Positions 35,885 through 43,705 of a DNA stretch of 61,018 nt are shown here, piece after piece (the stretch's first letter is position 1; each line of letters opens with the position of its first letter). Source of the DNA: Actinomycetota bacterium (lineage in GTDB: Bacteria > Actinomycetota > UBA4738 > CALAEC01); the NCBI GenBank assembly GCA_050693035.1, contig JBOGWB010000067.1, positions 1 to 61,018 of the forward strand, given 5' to 3'. The translations under genes were made by a program, and so were the position numbers. Under the pieces are notes generated by a model. It saw only the letters and a program-made list of their open reading frames with translations, was not told where the DNA came from and did not search any database.

Positions 35885-36165
35885 GTGACGCCTCCCCCCG
35901 TCTCCTCCACCGCGTCCACGATCCCGACGATGGCGTGGTCCACCGGGACGAACGTCTCCCGGAGAGCCTGCGCAGCCTCCCGAGCTCCCACGAAGTAGAC
36001 CAGTTCGCCCGGCCCGGCCATGTACACACCGTCGGCCGCCACGACCGGGCTTCCCGTGGGTCGCTGCCGCCGGTCCAGGGGCTGGACGATGAGGAACTTC
36101 ACACCCTCCAGTCCGTCGGCCTTGACGCTCGCCACCACGGTCCCGATGACCCGTCCCAGCTGCAT
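35881..36165 (-). CDS. BMC vertex (BMC-P, EutN/CcmL) protein
   Basis: MQLGRVIGTVVASVK..AADGVYMAGPGELV..VDHAIVGIVD. Confidence 0.93.
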   Translation of the reverse strand: MQLGRVIGTVVASVKADGLEGVKFLIVQPLDRRQRPTGSPVVAADGVYMAGPGELVYFVGAREAAQALRETFVPVDHAIVGIVDAVEETGGGVT

Positions 36166-36761
36166 CAGCCGGCCTTCTCCACGCCTCTGGCCCGGAGGAG
36201 GAACCGGGGATCGGCCGCCAGGTTCTCGTCCATCCCCTCGTGCAGCCGGGCGATGACCACGTGGGCGACCTCCTGGCCCGACCCCTTGATCCGGTCCAAG
36301 CCGTACCCGATGGCCGCCTCGACCTCGGCCAACTCGCCGCCGAACAGCACGTAGCCCTTTCCGCCGAGCTCGTCGGCCAGGCCCAGGCCCCGGATCACCA
36401 CGTTGGCGCCCTTGACCCCGGCGTCGGCGGCGTGGATCACCGCCGCCACGGTGGTCGTCTCGATGACACCGAGGGCTTCGCCGCCCTCCTCCCCGCGAGC
36501 CCCGCCGATGGAGCGCACCACCGCCGGGTGCACGTCGGGCAGGAACACCACATCCACCAGCGACCCGTCCCCGACCTGGCGCCCGGCCTCGACCGCCTCC
36601 TGGACGTCGGCGGTGAGACCCCCCACGAGGACCAGGTACTTGCCCGGGTGCACGGTCCCCGCCCGGATCACCTCCAGCGGGGCTCTCTTGATCATGGCGT
36701 CGCCGGCCTCGATCCCCCTGGCGATCGAGTCGAACTCGAGGACGGCGATGGCCGGCTCCAT
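36165..36761 (-). CDS. Tandem-domain BMC shell protein (single-layer BMC-T, PduT-like)
   Basis: Two BMC repeats: IAVLEFDSIARGIEAGDAMIK..PGKYLVLVGG and LGVIETTTVAAVIHAADAGVK..GGKGYVLFGG. ATG 36761 with GAGGAGG. Confidence 0.9.
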   Translation of the reverse strand: MEPAIAVLEFDSIARGIEAGDAMIKRAPLEVIRAGTVHPGKYLVLVGGLTADVQEAVEAGRQVGDGSLVDVVFLPDVHPAVVRSIGGARGEEGGEALGVIETTTVAAVIHAADAGVKGANVVIRGLGLADELGGKGYVLFGGELAEVEAAIGYGLDRIKGSGQEVAHVVIARLHEGMDENLAADPRFLLRARGVEKAG

Positions 36762-36778
36762 GGGTTCCTCCTCCGCCC

Positions 36779-38242
36779 TTAGACGATGCGCAGAGCGCCG
36801 ACCACGGTGATCCGGCGTTCCCGGCAGAACGTCCGGGCCCGGGTGAGCCCGTCTCCGGTCGGACTGGCGATCGAGTAGGAGGTGAATCCCTCGCCTCCCT
36901 CCCCCAGCCCCGCGAGGTTCGACCCGTTGGCCACGAAGATGCTGCAGTTCATGGCCCGTCCCATCCGGGTGATGGCGTCGACGTTGGTGGAGTGGATCAC
37001 CGCGGTGTGCCGGAACCCGTGCTCGGACTTCACCGCGAGGTCGATGGCCTGATCCACGTGGGGCACCCGGGTCACCGGCATCACCGGCATCATCTGCTCG
37101 GTCCACACCAGGTTGTGCTCGTTGGGGACCTCGGCCACGGCCAGGCGAACGTCGTCCCCGATCCGGATCCCGATCTCGGCCAGGATCACCGAGGCGTTCT
37201 TGCCGATCCATCGCGGATCGATGACCCCCGGCTTGTTCGGCGGGCCCATCTCTCGAAAGATGACCCGCTCGAGGCGCCGCAGCTCGTGCTCCTTCAGCAC
37301 GTACGCACCCTGCTGGCCCATGGACCGGACCAGCCGGTCGGCCACGCTGTCCACGACGATGGTGGTCTTCTCGTCGGTGCACACCACGTTGTTGTCGAAG
37401 GACCCGCCGGCGATGACGTCCCGAGCCGCCCTGTCGATGTCCGCCGTCTCGTCGACGACCGCCGGTGGGTTTCCCGGTCCCGCCGTGATGGCCCGCTTGT
37501 CGGACTTCAGGGCTTGCTGAACCACCCCCGGGCCCCCGGTCACCAGGAGCAGTCGGACGTCGGGGTGATGCATGAGCTCCTTGGCGCTGTCGATGGTCGG
37601 CTCGGGGATGGCCGAGATGAGGTTCTCCGGCCCACCTGCGGCGACGACCGCCCGGTTGATCAGCCGGATGTTCTCCGCGGACACCCGTTTCGCGTTGGGG
37701 TGCACGTTGAACACCACGGCGTTGCCGGCGGAGATGATCGAGAGGGTGTTGTTGATGATCGTCGAGGTCGGGTTGGTGGTGGGGGTGATCGCAGCGACCA
37801 CGCCGAACGGCGCGAACTCGGTCACCATCATGCCCTTGTCCCCGGTGACCGCCTCGGACTCGAGGTCCTCGGGGCCGGGGGTCTTCGTGGTCACCAAGAC
37901 GTTCTTGCGGACCTTGTCGGCGGCTCGGCCCAGCCCCGTCTCGGCGCGGGCCATCTCCGCCAGCCGCTCGGCGTTCTCGAGCATGTCGGTGCGGATCTGC
38001 GCCACGATCCGTTTCCGGCCCTCCATACCGATCTGGCGGTACGCCTGGAAGGCGCGAGAGGCCGCCCCCACCGCCTCGTCGATGGTGGGAAAGATCCCCT
38101 CGCCCGGCGGTACCTCCGAGGAGGCCCTGGAGAGCTCCTCCTCGCCTCGCAGGGCGGCGCCGGGACGCTCCCCCGCCTGGCCCAATCGCCGGCGGACCCG
38201 CTCGATGATGCCCTGGATCTCTTCCTGAGTGAGCGTCTTCAT
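36779..38242 (-). CDS. CoA-acylating aldehyde dehydrogenase (EutE/PduP-like) with N-terminal encapsulation peptide
   Basis: TPTTNPT, TGGPGVV, AGPGNPP, SFDNNVVCTDEK (catalytic Cys), HGFRHTA; N-terminal helix TQEEIQGIIERVRRRL. Confidence 0.93.
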   Translation of the reverse strand: MKTLTQEEIQGIIERVRRRLGQAGERPGAALRGEEELSRASSEVPPGEGIFPTIDEAVGAASRAFQAYRQIGMEGRKRIVAQIRTDMLENAERLAEMARAETGLGRAADKVRKNVLVTTKTPGPEDLESEAVTGDKGMMVTEFAPFGVVAAITPTTNPTSTIINNTLSIISAGNAVVFNVHPNAKRVSAENIRLINRAVVAAGGPENLISAIPEPTIDSAKELMHHPDVRLLLVTGGPGVVQQALKSDKRAITAGPGNPPAVVDETADIDRAARDVIAGGSFDNNVVCTDEKTTIVVDSVADRLVRSMGQQGAYVLKEHELRRLERVIFREMGPPNKPGVIDPRWIGKNASVILAEIGIRIGDDVRLAVAEVPNEHNLVWTEQMMPVMPVTRVPHVDQAIDLAVKSEHGFRHTAVIHSTNVDAITRMGRAMNCSIFVANGSNLAGLGEGGEGFTSYSIASPTGDGLTRARTFCRERRITVVGALRIV

Positions 38243-38541
38243 GTGTCACTCCGATGCTTGTGGTAGCGGTCCTCGCCACCGACCTCCCAGGTGTCGACGA
38301 TGGCCATGATCACCGCGTCGCAGGGCCGGTCTCGGGTCATCTCGGTCTGGCGCGCGGAGCTGCCCTGGGCCACCAGGACGACCTCGTCCGGCCCGGCTCC
38401 CACCGCGTCGGCGGCCACCACGAACTGGCCGGTCTCCTTGCTGTCGACGTCGAGGGTCCGGATCACCAGGAACTTGAGTCCTTCCATCGAGGACTCCTTC
38501 TTGCTGGATACCAGCGTGCCGGCCACACGTCCGAGGAGCAC
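38239..38541 (-). CDS. BMC vertex (BMC-P, EutN/CcmL) protein
   Basis: MLLGRVAGTLVSSKK..ADAVGAGPDEVVLVAQGSSAR..DAVIMAIVD. Confidence 0.94.
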   Translation of the reverse strand: MLLGRVAGTLVSSKKESSMEGLKFLVIRTLDVDSKETGQFVVAADAVGAGPDEVVLVAQGSSARQTEMTRDRPCDAVIMAIVDTWEVGGEDRYHKHRSDT

Positions 38542-38564
38542 GTCCGCCTCCTTCCTTCCCCGAC

Positions 38565-38594
38565 CGGGGGGCGCCGCGATGACGGCGCCCCCCG
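38565..38594 (-). promoter_or_regulatory. Strong intercistronic hairpin after the BMC-H gene
   Basis: Perfect 12-bp stem CGGGGGGCGCCG-cgatga-CGGCGCCCCCCG between the BMC-H stop (38607) and the BMC-P start (38541). Confidence 0.65.
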
Positions 38595-38606
38595 CCGGGA
38601 TGGCTC

Positions 38607-38933
38607 CTACTGGCCCGCCGCCGTCTGGCCGGGACCCATCTCCCGCTCGGCCTGCTCCTTGCGCCCGAGTGGCAGGACCACGTCGATGTTGACGTGCGGA
38701 CGGGCGATCACGTGACTGGCGACCATCTCGCCGATCTTCTGGGCGTTCTGCTCGCCGGCCTGCACCGCCGCCTTCACCGCGGCGACGTCGCCGCGCACGA
38801 TGGCGGTCACGTAGCCGCCTCCGGTCTCCTCGAACGAGACCAGCTCGACCTTGGCCGCCTTCACCATCGCGTCAGCGGCCTCGACCATTGCCGGAAAGCT
38901 CCGGCACTCGATCATCCCAAGGGCCTCAGCCAT
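38607..38933 (-). CDS. BMC hexamer shell protein (BMC-H, PduA/EutM-like)
   Basis: ALGMIECRSFPAMVEAADAMVKAA..GGGYVTAIVRGDVAAVKAAV..HVIARPH. Confidence 0.96.
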   Translation of the reverse strand: MAEALGMIECRSFPAMVEAADAMVKAAKVELVSFEETGGGYVTAIVRGDVAAVKAAVQAGEQNAQKIGEMVASHVIARPHVNIDVVLPLGRKEQAEREMGPGQTAAGQ

Positions 38934-38946
38934 CGGATCCTCCTCC

Positions 38947-39579
38947 CTACCTGGTCGCTTCTCGACCTTCCAGTCCTTCGATGGCGGCCACGGCGGCCTG
39001 CCATCCCACATCGATGTCACGTTCCTCCCCACCGAGGTACACCCGGCCCATCGACCCGAAGGACCGAACCTCGAGGACGTTGATCTCCGCGGCCTTCTCG
39101 GCCTCGTTGGCCGCGAGCGCCGCGTACGCCGCCGGCTCGCACTCCAGGACGTACAGGGTGTCCCCTCGGAGCAGCATCTGGCCGTGGCGCTGCCGGTTGA
39201 TCAGCTGCGCGTGGTGGTCGTCGACGCGGCGGATGATCTGGCTCGACAGGATCCGCGGCTTGATGCGGTCCTCTTCCTTCAGGGAGATGGCGTCGAGGAT
39301 GGCCGACCCCGCCGCCCGCGCCTCCGCCTGCTCCGGCGAATGCACCTCGAGAAGGCCGAAGTACCGCTCGACGATCTGCATCCCCGGCTTCACCCCGGTG
39401 GCCTTGAGAGCCACATCGGTGAGCCGGTTGATCTCGATCCCTGGCGCCACCTCAACGTACAGCGATGCGTCCCCGGCGAGGGGCAGGAACCCCTGGGCCA
39501 CCGTCCCGAGGAACGCGGCGTACTGAGGCTGGAGGCTGTCCAGGAAGCAGTACCCGCGGAGCTCGATCCCGTTGCTCAC
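38947..39579 (-). CDS. Permuted double-stacking BMC-T (CcmP/CsoS1D-like)
   Basis: [49 protein letters not shown] motifs typical of the gated trimers. Confidence 0.9.
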   Translation of the reverse strand: MSNGIELRGYCFLDSLQPQYAAFLGTVAQGFLPLAGDASLYVEVAPGIEINRLTDVALKATGVKPGMQIVERYFGLLEVHSPEQAEARAAGSAILDAISLKEEDRIKPRILSSQIIRRVDDHHAQLINRQRHGQMLLRGDTLYVLECEPAAYAALAANEAEKAAEINVLEVRSFGSMGRVYLGGEERDIDVGWQAAVAAIEGLEGREATR

Positions 39580-39594
39580 GCCGCCCCCTCTCTG

Positions 39595-40452
39595 TCAGTA
39601 GCGCGATCCACCCTTGCCCCCACTCACGATCTCGACCCCGGCCGACGCGCCGATCCGGGTGGCGCCCGCGGCCACCATCTCGCGGACGTCCTCGGCCGTA
39701 CGGATGCCCCCGGCCGCCTTCACCCCCATCTCCGGGCCCACCGTCTCTCGCATGAGCAACACGTCGTGAACCGTGGCCCCGCCCGGACCGTAGCCGGTGG
39801 ACGTCTTGACGAAGTCGGCCTTGGCCGCCTTGGCCAGGTGCGACGCGATGACCTTCTCCTCGTCGGTGAGCAGGGCCGCCTCGATGATGACCTTGAGCAC
39901 GACGCCGGCCTCGTGGCAGGCGTCGGCCACCATCTCGATGTCCCGGCGGACCAGTTCGTGGTCGCCGCTCTTCAGGGCCCCGATGTTGATGACCATGTCG
40001 ACCTCCCGGGCACCGTCGCGGATGGCCCGCCGAGCCTCGAGCGCCTTCACCTCGGATGTGGTGGCGCCGAACGGAAACCCGACCACCGACGCCACCCGCA
40101 CCGGCGTTCCTCGGAGGTTCTCGGCGGCCCGTTTCACCCACGCCGGGTTCACGCAGACGGCGGCGAAGCCGTACTGCGCGGCCTCGCCGCACAGCCGATC
40201 GAGGTCCGCCGCCGTGGCGTCGGGCTTGAGCAGCGTGTGGTCGATGTATCGCGCCAGGTCCTGGGGGACCTTCGCCCCGTCCCCCGTGTAGCTGATCCGG
40301 CCGGCGCCCGTGCCCACGAAGCCCCGGACCTTGTCCGAACAGTGCGCAGCGCAGGACCCCTCGCAGCCGACGCACCGGCCCTCCGGGGCGCCCGTCAGGG
40401 CGGCCAGAACCTCCTGAGTGACCACGTCGACCAGATCGTTGCGCTCGCTCAT
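39595..40452 (-). CDS. deoC: Deoxyribose-phosphate aldolase with N-terminal encapsulation helix and 4-Cys motif
   Basis: [29 protein letters not shown] (Schiff-base Lys), [12 protein letters not shown]; about 65-aa N-terminal extension. Confidence 0.95.
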   Translation of the reverse strand: MSERNDLVDVVTQEVLAALTGAPEGRCVGCEGSCAAHCSDKVRGFVGTGAGRISYTGDGAKVPQDLARYIDHTLLKPDATAADLDRLCGEAAQYGFAAVCVNPAWVKRAAENLRGTPVRVASVVGFPFGATTSEVKALEARRAIRDGAREVDMVINIGALKSGDHELVRRDIEMVADACHEAGVVLKVIIEAALLTDEEKVIASHLAKAAKADFVKTSTGYGPGGATVHDVLLMRETVGPEMGVKAAGGIRTAEDVREMVAAGATRIGASAGVEIVSGGKGGSRY

Positions 40453-41090
40453 CGCACTCCGTCCTTGAGGTATCGCCGCTCGATCTCACCGATCTTCCCA
40501 ACCCTCCGGGCGTGCCGGCCGCCCGACCAGGCTGTCTGGAGCCAGGCCTGGACGATCTGGAGAGCGAGGCTCTCACCGAGCAGCCCCGCCCCCAGCGCCA
40601 GGACGTTGGCGTGATTGTGCTCCCGAGCGTTCTTGGCGGAGGAGACGTCCCAGCACGTCGCGGCTCGGATCCCGGGGACCTTGTTCGCCGTGATCGCCGA
40701 CCCGATCCCGGCGCCGTCGACCACGATCCCCCACCGGCACTCGCCCCCGGCCACCAGCCGGGCCACGGTGTGCGCGTAGTCGGGGTAGTCCACCGAGTCG
40801 GTGGTCTCCGTCCCGCAATCGTGGACGGTGAACCCGTTCTCCCGGAGATGCGCTTCGAGCCGCTGTTTGAGGTGGAAACCGCCGTGGTCCCCGCCGATGG
40901 CGATGTCCGCCAGCACCGGGTTCGCCATGGGGGGCGGCACCACCGATCCCTCTTGCTCGTGGGGGACCGGCGTCCCTGCGAGGGCCGCCGTCTCGGTGCC
41001 GGTCCGCACCCCCGTGTCCACGGCGGCGACGACCGCCGACACGAGGTCGCGCACGTCCCGCTCCGAAGGAACGATCTCCGCCACCGTCAC
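40449..41090 (-). CDS. rpiB: RpiB/LacAB-family sugar-phosphate isomerase with N-terminal encapsulation helix
   Basis: [46 protein letters not shown] overlap with the GntR stop. Confidence 0.9.
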   Translation of the reverse strand: MTVAEIVPSERDVRDLVSAVVAAVDTGVRTGTETAALAGTPVPHEQEGSVVPPPMANPVLADIAIGGDHGGFHLKQRLEAHLRENGFTVHDCGTETTDSVDYPDYAHTVARLVAGGECRWGIVVDGAGIGSAITANKVPGIRAATCWDVSSAKNAREHNHANVLALGAGLLGESLALQIVQAWLQTAWSGGRHARRVGKIGEIERRYLKDGVR

Positions 41091-41869
41091 CGCCTCACGA
41101 TCTGGGCCGGCCGCCGCATCTCCACCCGGTACTCGTAGCGATCCCCGGCGAACAGCAGGCGGGTCCACTCCACCGCCCGGTCGTCGGGGGTGAACGCGAT
41201 CCGGTGGATAACCAGCAGCGGGCTTCCTGGCTCGTAGCCGAGCAGTCCTGCGTCGGGCTCCGCGGCCAGTCCCGGGTTGATGGTCTCCACCGCCCGGGCC
41301 AGGGAGAGGCGGAGTGGCTCGCCCTGCAGCAGCTCGTACAGGGAACCCTCCTCGATGCCCCCCGTTTCGAAGAGGTCGTCGCGCTCTCCCAGAAGCGCCT
41401 GGGGGAGCCACGTCTCCGCGAGGCCGACCGGATCGCCGTCGGCGAGGAACAGGCGCCGGAGGAACCTGCACGGCGCTCCCTCCTCGAGGCCCAGCCCTTC
41501 GGCCACCTCGGGCGGCGCCGGGGTCACCGAAGAGGCCAGCAGGCGGTGCGAGGGGGTGTAGCCCTGGCTCCGGAGCAGCTCGGAGAACGACGTGAGCACC
41601 GGGACGTGCTGGATCTTCGGGACGCCGACGAAGGTGCCCTTCCCCTGGATCCTCCGGATCACGCCGTCCGCGGCCAGGTCGTTCATGGCCTGCCGGATGG
41701 TCGATCGAGAAACCTCGTACCGCCGCTCCAGCTCGGCCTCGGTGGGAAGCCGATCCCCTGGGCCGAGGCCCCGGCGATGGATCTCACCCACGATGGCCTC
41801 CCTGAGCTGGAAGTACAGGGGAAGAGGAGCCGCCCGGTCGAGCTCCGTTGCTCCGGTCGACACGGTCAT
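41087..41869 (-). CDS. GntR (HutC subfamily, UTRA domain) regulator of the BMC operon
   Basis: PLYFQL..GDRLPTEAELERRYEVSRSTIRQA..QGKGTFV; UTRA SLYELL..FAGDRY. Confidence 0.94.
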   Translation of the reverse strand: MTVSTGATELDRAAPLPLYFQLREAIVGEIHRRGLGPGDRLPTEAELERRYEVSRSTIRQAMNDLAADGVIRRIQGKGTFVGVPKIQHVPVLTSFSELLRSQGYTPSHRLLASSVTPAPPEVAEGLGLEEGAPCRFLRRLFLADGDPVGLAETWLPQALLGERDDLFETGGIEEGSLYELLQGEPLRLSLARAVETINPGLAAEPDAGLLGYEPGSPLLVIHRIAFTPDDRAVEWTRLLFAGDRYEYRVEMRRPAQIVRR

Positions 41870-41887
41870 GTCCCGGTTCCGGCTCGG

Positions 41888-41910
41888 ATCATCATGATGA
41901 TAGGACGTCC
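41888..41910. promoter_or_regulatory. Adjacent palindromes overlapping the GntR-operon -10
   Basis: ATCATCATGATGAT (perfect 14-mer, 41888-41901) and GGACGTCC (41903-41910); minus-strand TATCAT at 41897-41902. Confidence 0.55.
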
Positions 41911-42000
41911 GGTCATCCGTGTGATTATCGGCCGCTCCACTCCAGGAATCAAGTACCTCTTGCCTCGATTCGGATAGGCTCCACCACCGTGAGGGGACCG

Positions 42001-42393
42001 ATGAGGAGATGGGCGCTCGCCTCCATGGTGCTGCCGCTGCTTCTCGCCGCCTGCGCCGGAGGTGGCCGCGAGGAAGCGACGCGACCGGCGCAGTCTCCGA
42101 CCACACCATCGCCACCGCCGCCGCCCGAGGAGGAGTGCCCCGCTCAGACCACCATCACGATGAACTCACGATCCTTTGATCCGACGTGTGTGGAGGTCGC
42201 CAAAGGAGACACCTTGACCCTCGAGAATCCCAGCGGCGCCTTGCACAGCTTCACCCTGGACAAGCCGAAGGTGGACCTCGACGTGGAGGCGGACGAATCG
42301 GGGACGTATGAGGTCGAGGGCCTGAAACTCAGGGATTACCGCTTCTACTGCAAGTACCACGCCGGGATGTTCGTGGACGTTCGGGTGACCTAG
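42001..42393 (+). CDS. Cupredoxin (type-1 copper) lipoprotein
   Basis: Lipobox LAAC, Pro linker, ligands HSFT and YCKYHAGM. Confidence 0.85.
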   Translation: MRRWALASMVLPLLLAACAGGGREEATRPAQSPTTPSPPPPPEEECPAQTTITMNSRSFDPTCVEVAKGDTLTLENPSGALHSFTLDKPKVDLDVEADESGTYEVEGLKLRDYRFYCKYHAGMFVDVRVT

Positions 42394-42401
42394 CGGAAGA
42401 T

Positions 42402-43295
42402 TCAGTACCCCAGACGGGCGAGGGCGCTGGGGTCGCGCTGCCACTCCCGCAGCACCTTGACCCGCAGATCGAGGAAGACCTTGCTTCCGAGGATCCGCTC
42501 CAGCTCATGGCGAGCCCGGGTGCCCACCGTCTTCAGCATCTCTCCCCCGCGCCCGACGACGATGCCTTTCTGCGACTCCCGCTCCACCAGCACCGAGCAG
42601 GAGATGCGCACCAGATCACGCTCCTCGTCGCGTTCCATCTCCTCCACCTGCACGGCCACCGAGTGCGGGATCTCCTCCCGGGTGAGCTGGAGGATCTTCT
42701 CCCGCACGATCTCGGCCACCCGGAACTCCACCGGCTGGTCCGTGACCTGCCCCGGCTCGTAGAGGGACTCTCCTGGCGGCATCAACGACGCGAGCACCTC
42801 GAGGAGCTCCTCGATGTTCTCCCTCGTCTTCGCCGACACCGGCACGACGTGGTCGAAGTCAGCGAGCGCCGCCGCCCGCTCGAGCTGCGCCAGAAGCTCG
42901 CCTTTCGACACGCGGTCGATCTTGTTCACGGCGCAGACCTTGGCGCACGGGAGCGGCGCCACCCGCTCGCGGGCGACGAACTCGTCGCCCCGACCGACCC
43001 CGCCCGCCGCGTCCACGACGAGCATCACCGAGTCCACGCCCTCGGTGCTCTCTTCCACCATCCGGTTGAGACGTTCTCCCAGCAGCGTCCGGGGCTTGTG
43101 GAAGCCCGGGGTGTCGGTGAAAACGATCTGGTAGCCCGACGTGCTGAACACGCCGCGAACGCGTCCCCTGGTGGTCTGGGGCTTGTCGGTGACGATCGAG
43201 ACCTTCTGACCTACAAGCGCGTTCACGAGGGTCGACTTGCCGGTGTTGGGTCGCCCCACCACCGCCACGAAGCCGGAGCGGAAGGGCGAGGTCAC
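42402..43295 (-). CDS. era: GTPase Era
   Basis: GRPNTGKSTL, PQTTR, DTPG, NKID, KH-domain REEIPHS..GIVVGRGG. Confidence 0.97.
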   Translation of the reverse strand: MTSPFRSGFVAVVGRPNTGKSTLVNALVGQKVSIVTDKPQTTRGRVRGVFSTSGYQIVFTDTPGFHKPRTLLGERLNRMVEESTEGVDSVMLVVDAAGGVGRGDEFVARERVAPLPCAKVCAVNKIDRVSKGELLAQLERAAALADFDHVVPVSAKTRENIEELLEVLASLMPPGESLYEPGQVTDQPVEFRVAEIVREKILQLTREEIPHSVAVQVEEMERDEERDLVRISCSVLVERESQKGIVVGRGGEMLKTVGTRARHELERILGSKVFLDLRVKVLREWQRDPSALARLGY

Positions 43296-43705
43296 CTCAA
43301 GTCTTCAGGACCGAACGCGTCGGGAAGGAGCTCCGCCAGCTCTCGCTCGTCGCGCATGCCGCCGGGGCCCTCCGAGATCACCACGAGGTCCTGGCCGAAC
43401 TCGTGGAGGACCTGGCGGCACCCCCCGCACGGCCAGGCCGGCCCGTCGGGGGACGACCCCACGACGGCCACCGCGACCAGCCGGCGCGCCCCTTCCGACG
43501 CCGCTCGCTGCACCGCGGACCTCTCCGCGCACACCGAGAGCGGGTACGCGGCGTTCTCCACGTTCGCCCCGGCGAAGATCTCCCCGTCGTCGGTGAGAAC
43601 CGCCGCTCCCACCAGGTACCGGCTGTACGGGGCGTAGGCGTGCTCGCGGGCCTCTCGAGCCGCCTCGAGCATCGCTTCGATCTTGCCGTCGTCGGGCCGG
43701 CTCAC
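43292..43705 (-). CDS. cdd: Cytidine deaminase
   Basis: AYAPYSRYLVGAA, NVENAAY, CAER, PCGGCRQ. GTGA coupling to the upstream gene. Confidence 0.95.
   Translation of the reverse strand: MSRPDDGKIEAMLEAAREAREHAYAPYSRYLVGAAVLTDDGEIFAGANVENAAYPLSVCAERSAVQRAASEGARRLVAVAVVGSSPDGPAWPCGGCRQVLHEFGQDLVVISEGPGGMRDERELAELLPDAFGPEDLR

Noticed and set aside
36165-38279. 704-aa ORF suggesting a giant BMC fusion (similarly 33255-34748, 43292-44773, 56170-59214, 40449-41471)
   Set aside because: The upstream parts overlap other genes out of frame. The real starts are internal and supported by SD sites or GTGA/ATGA coupling.
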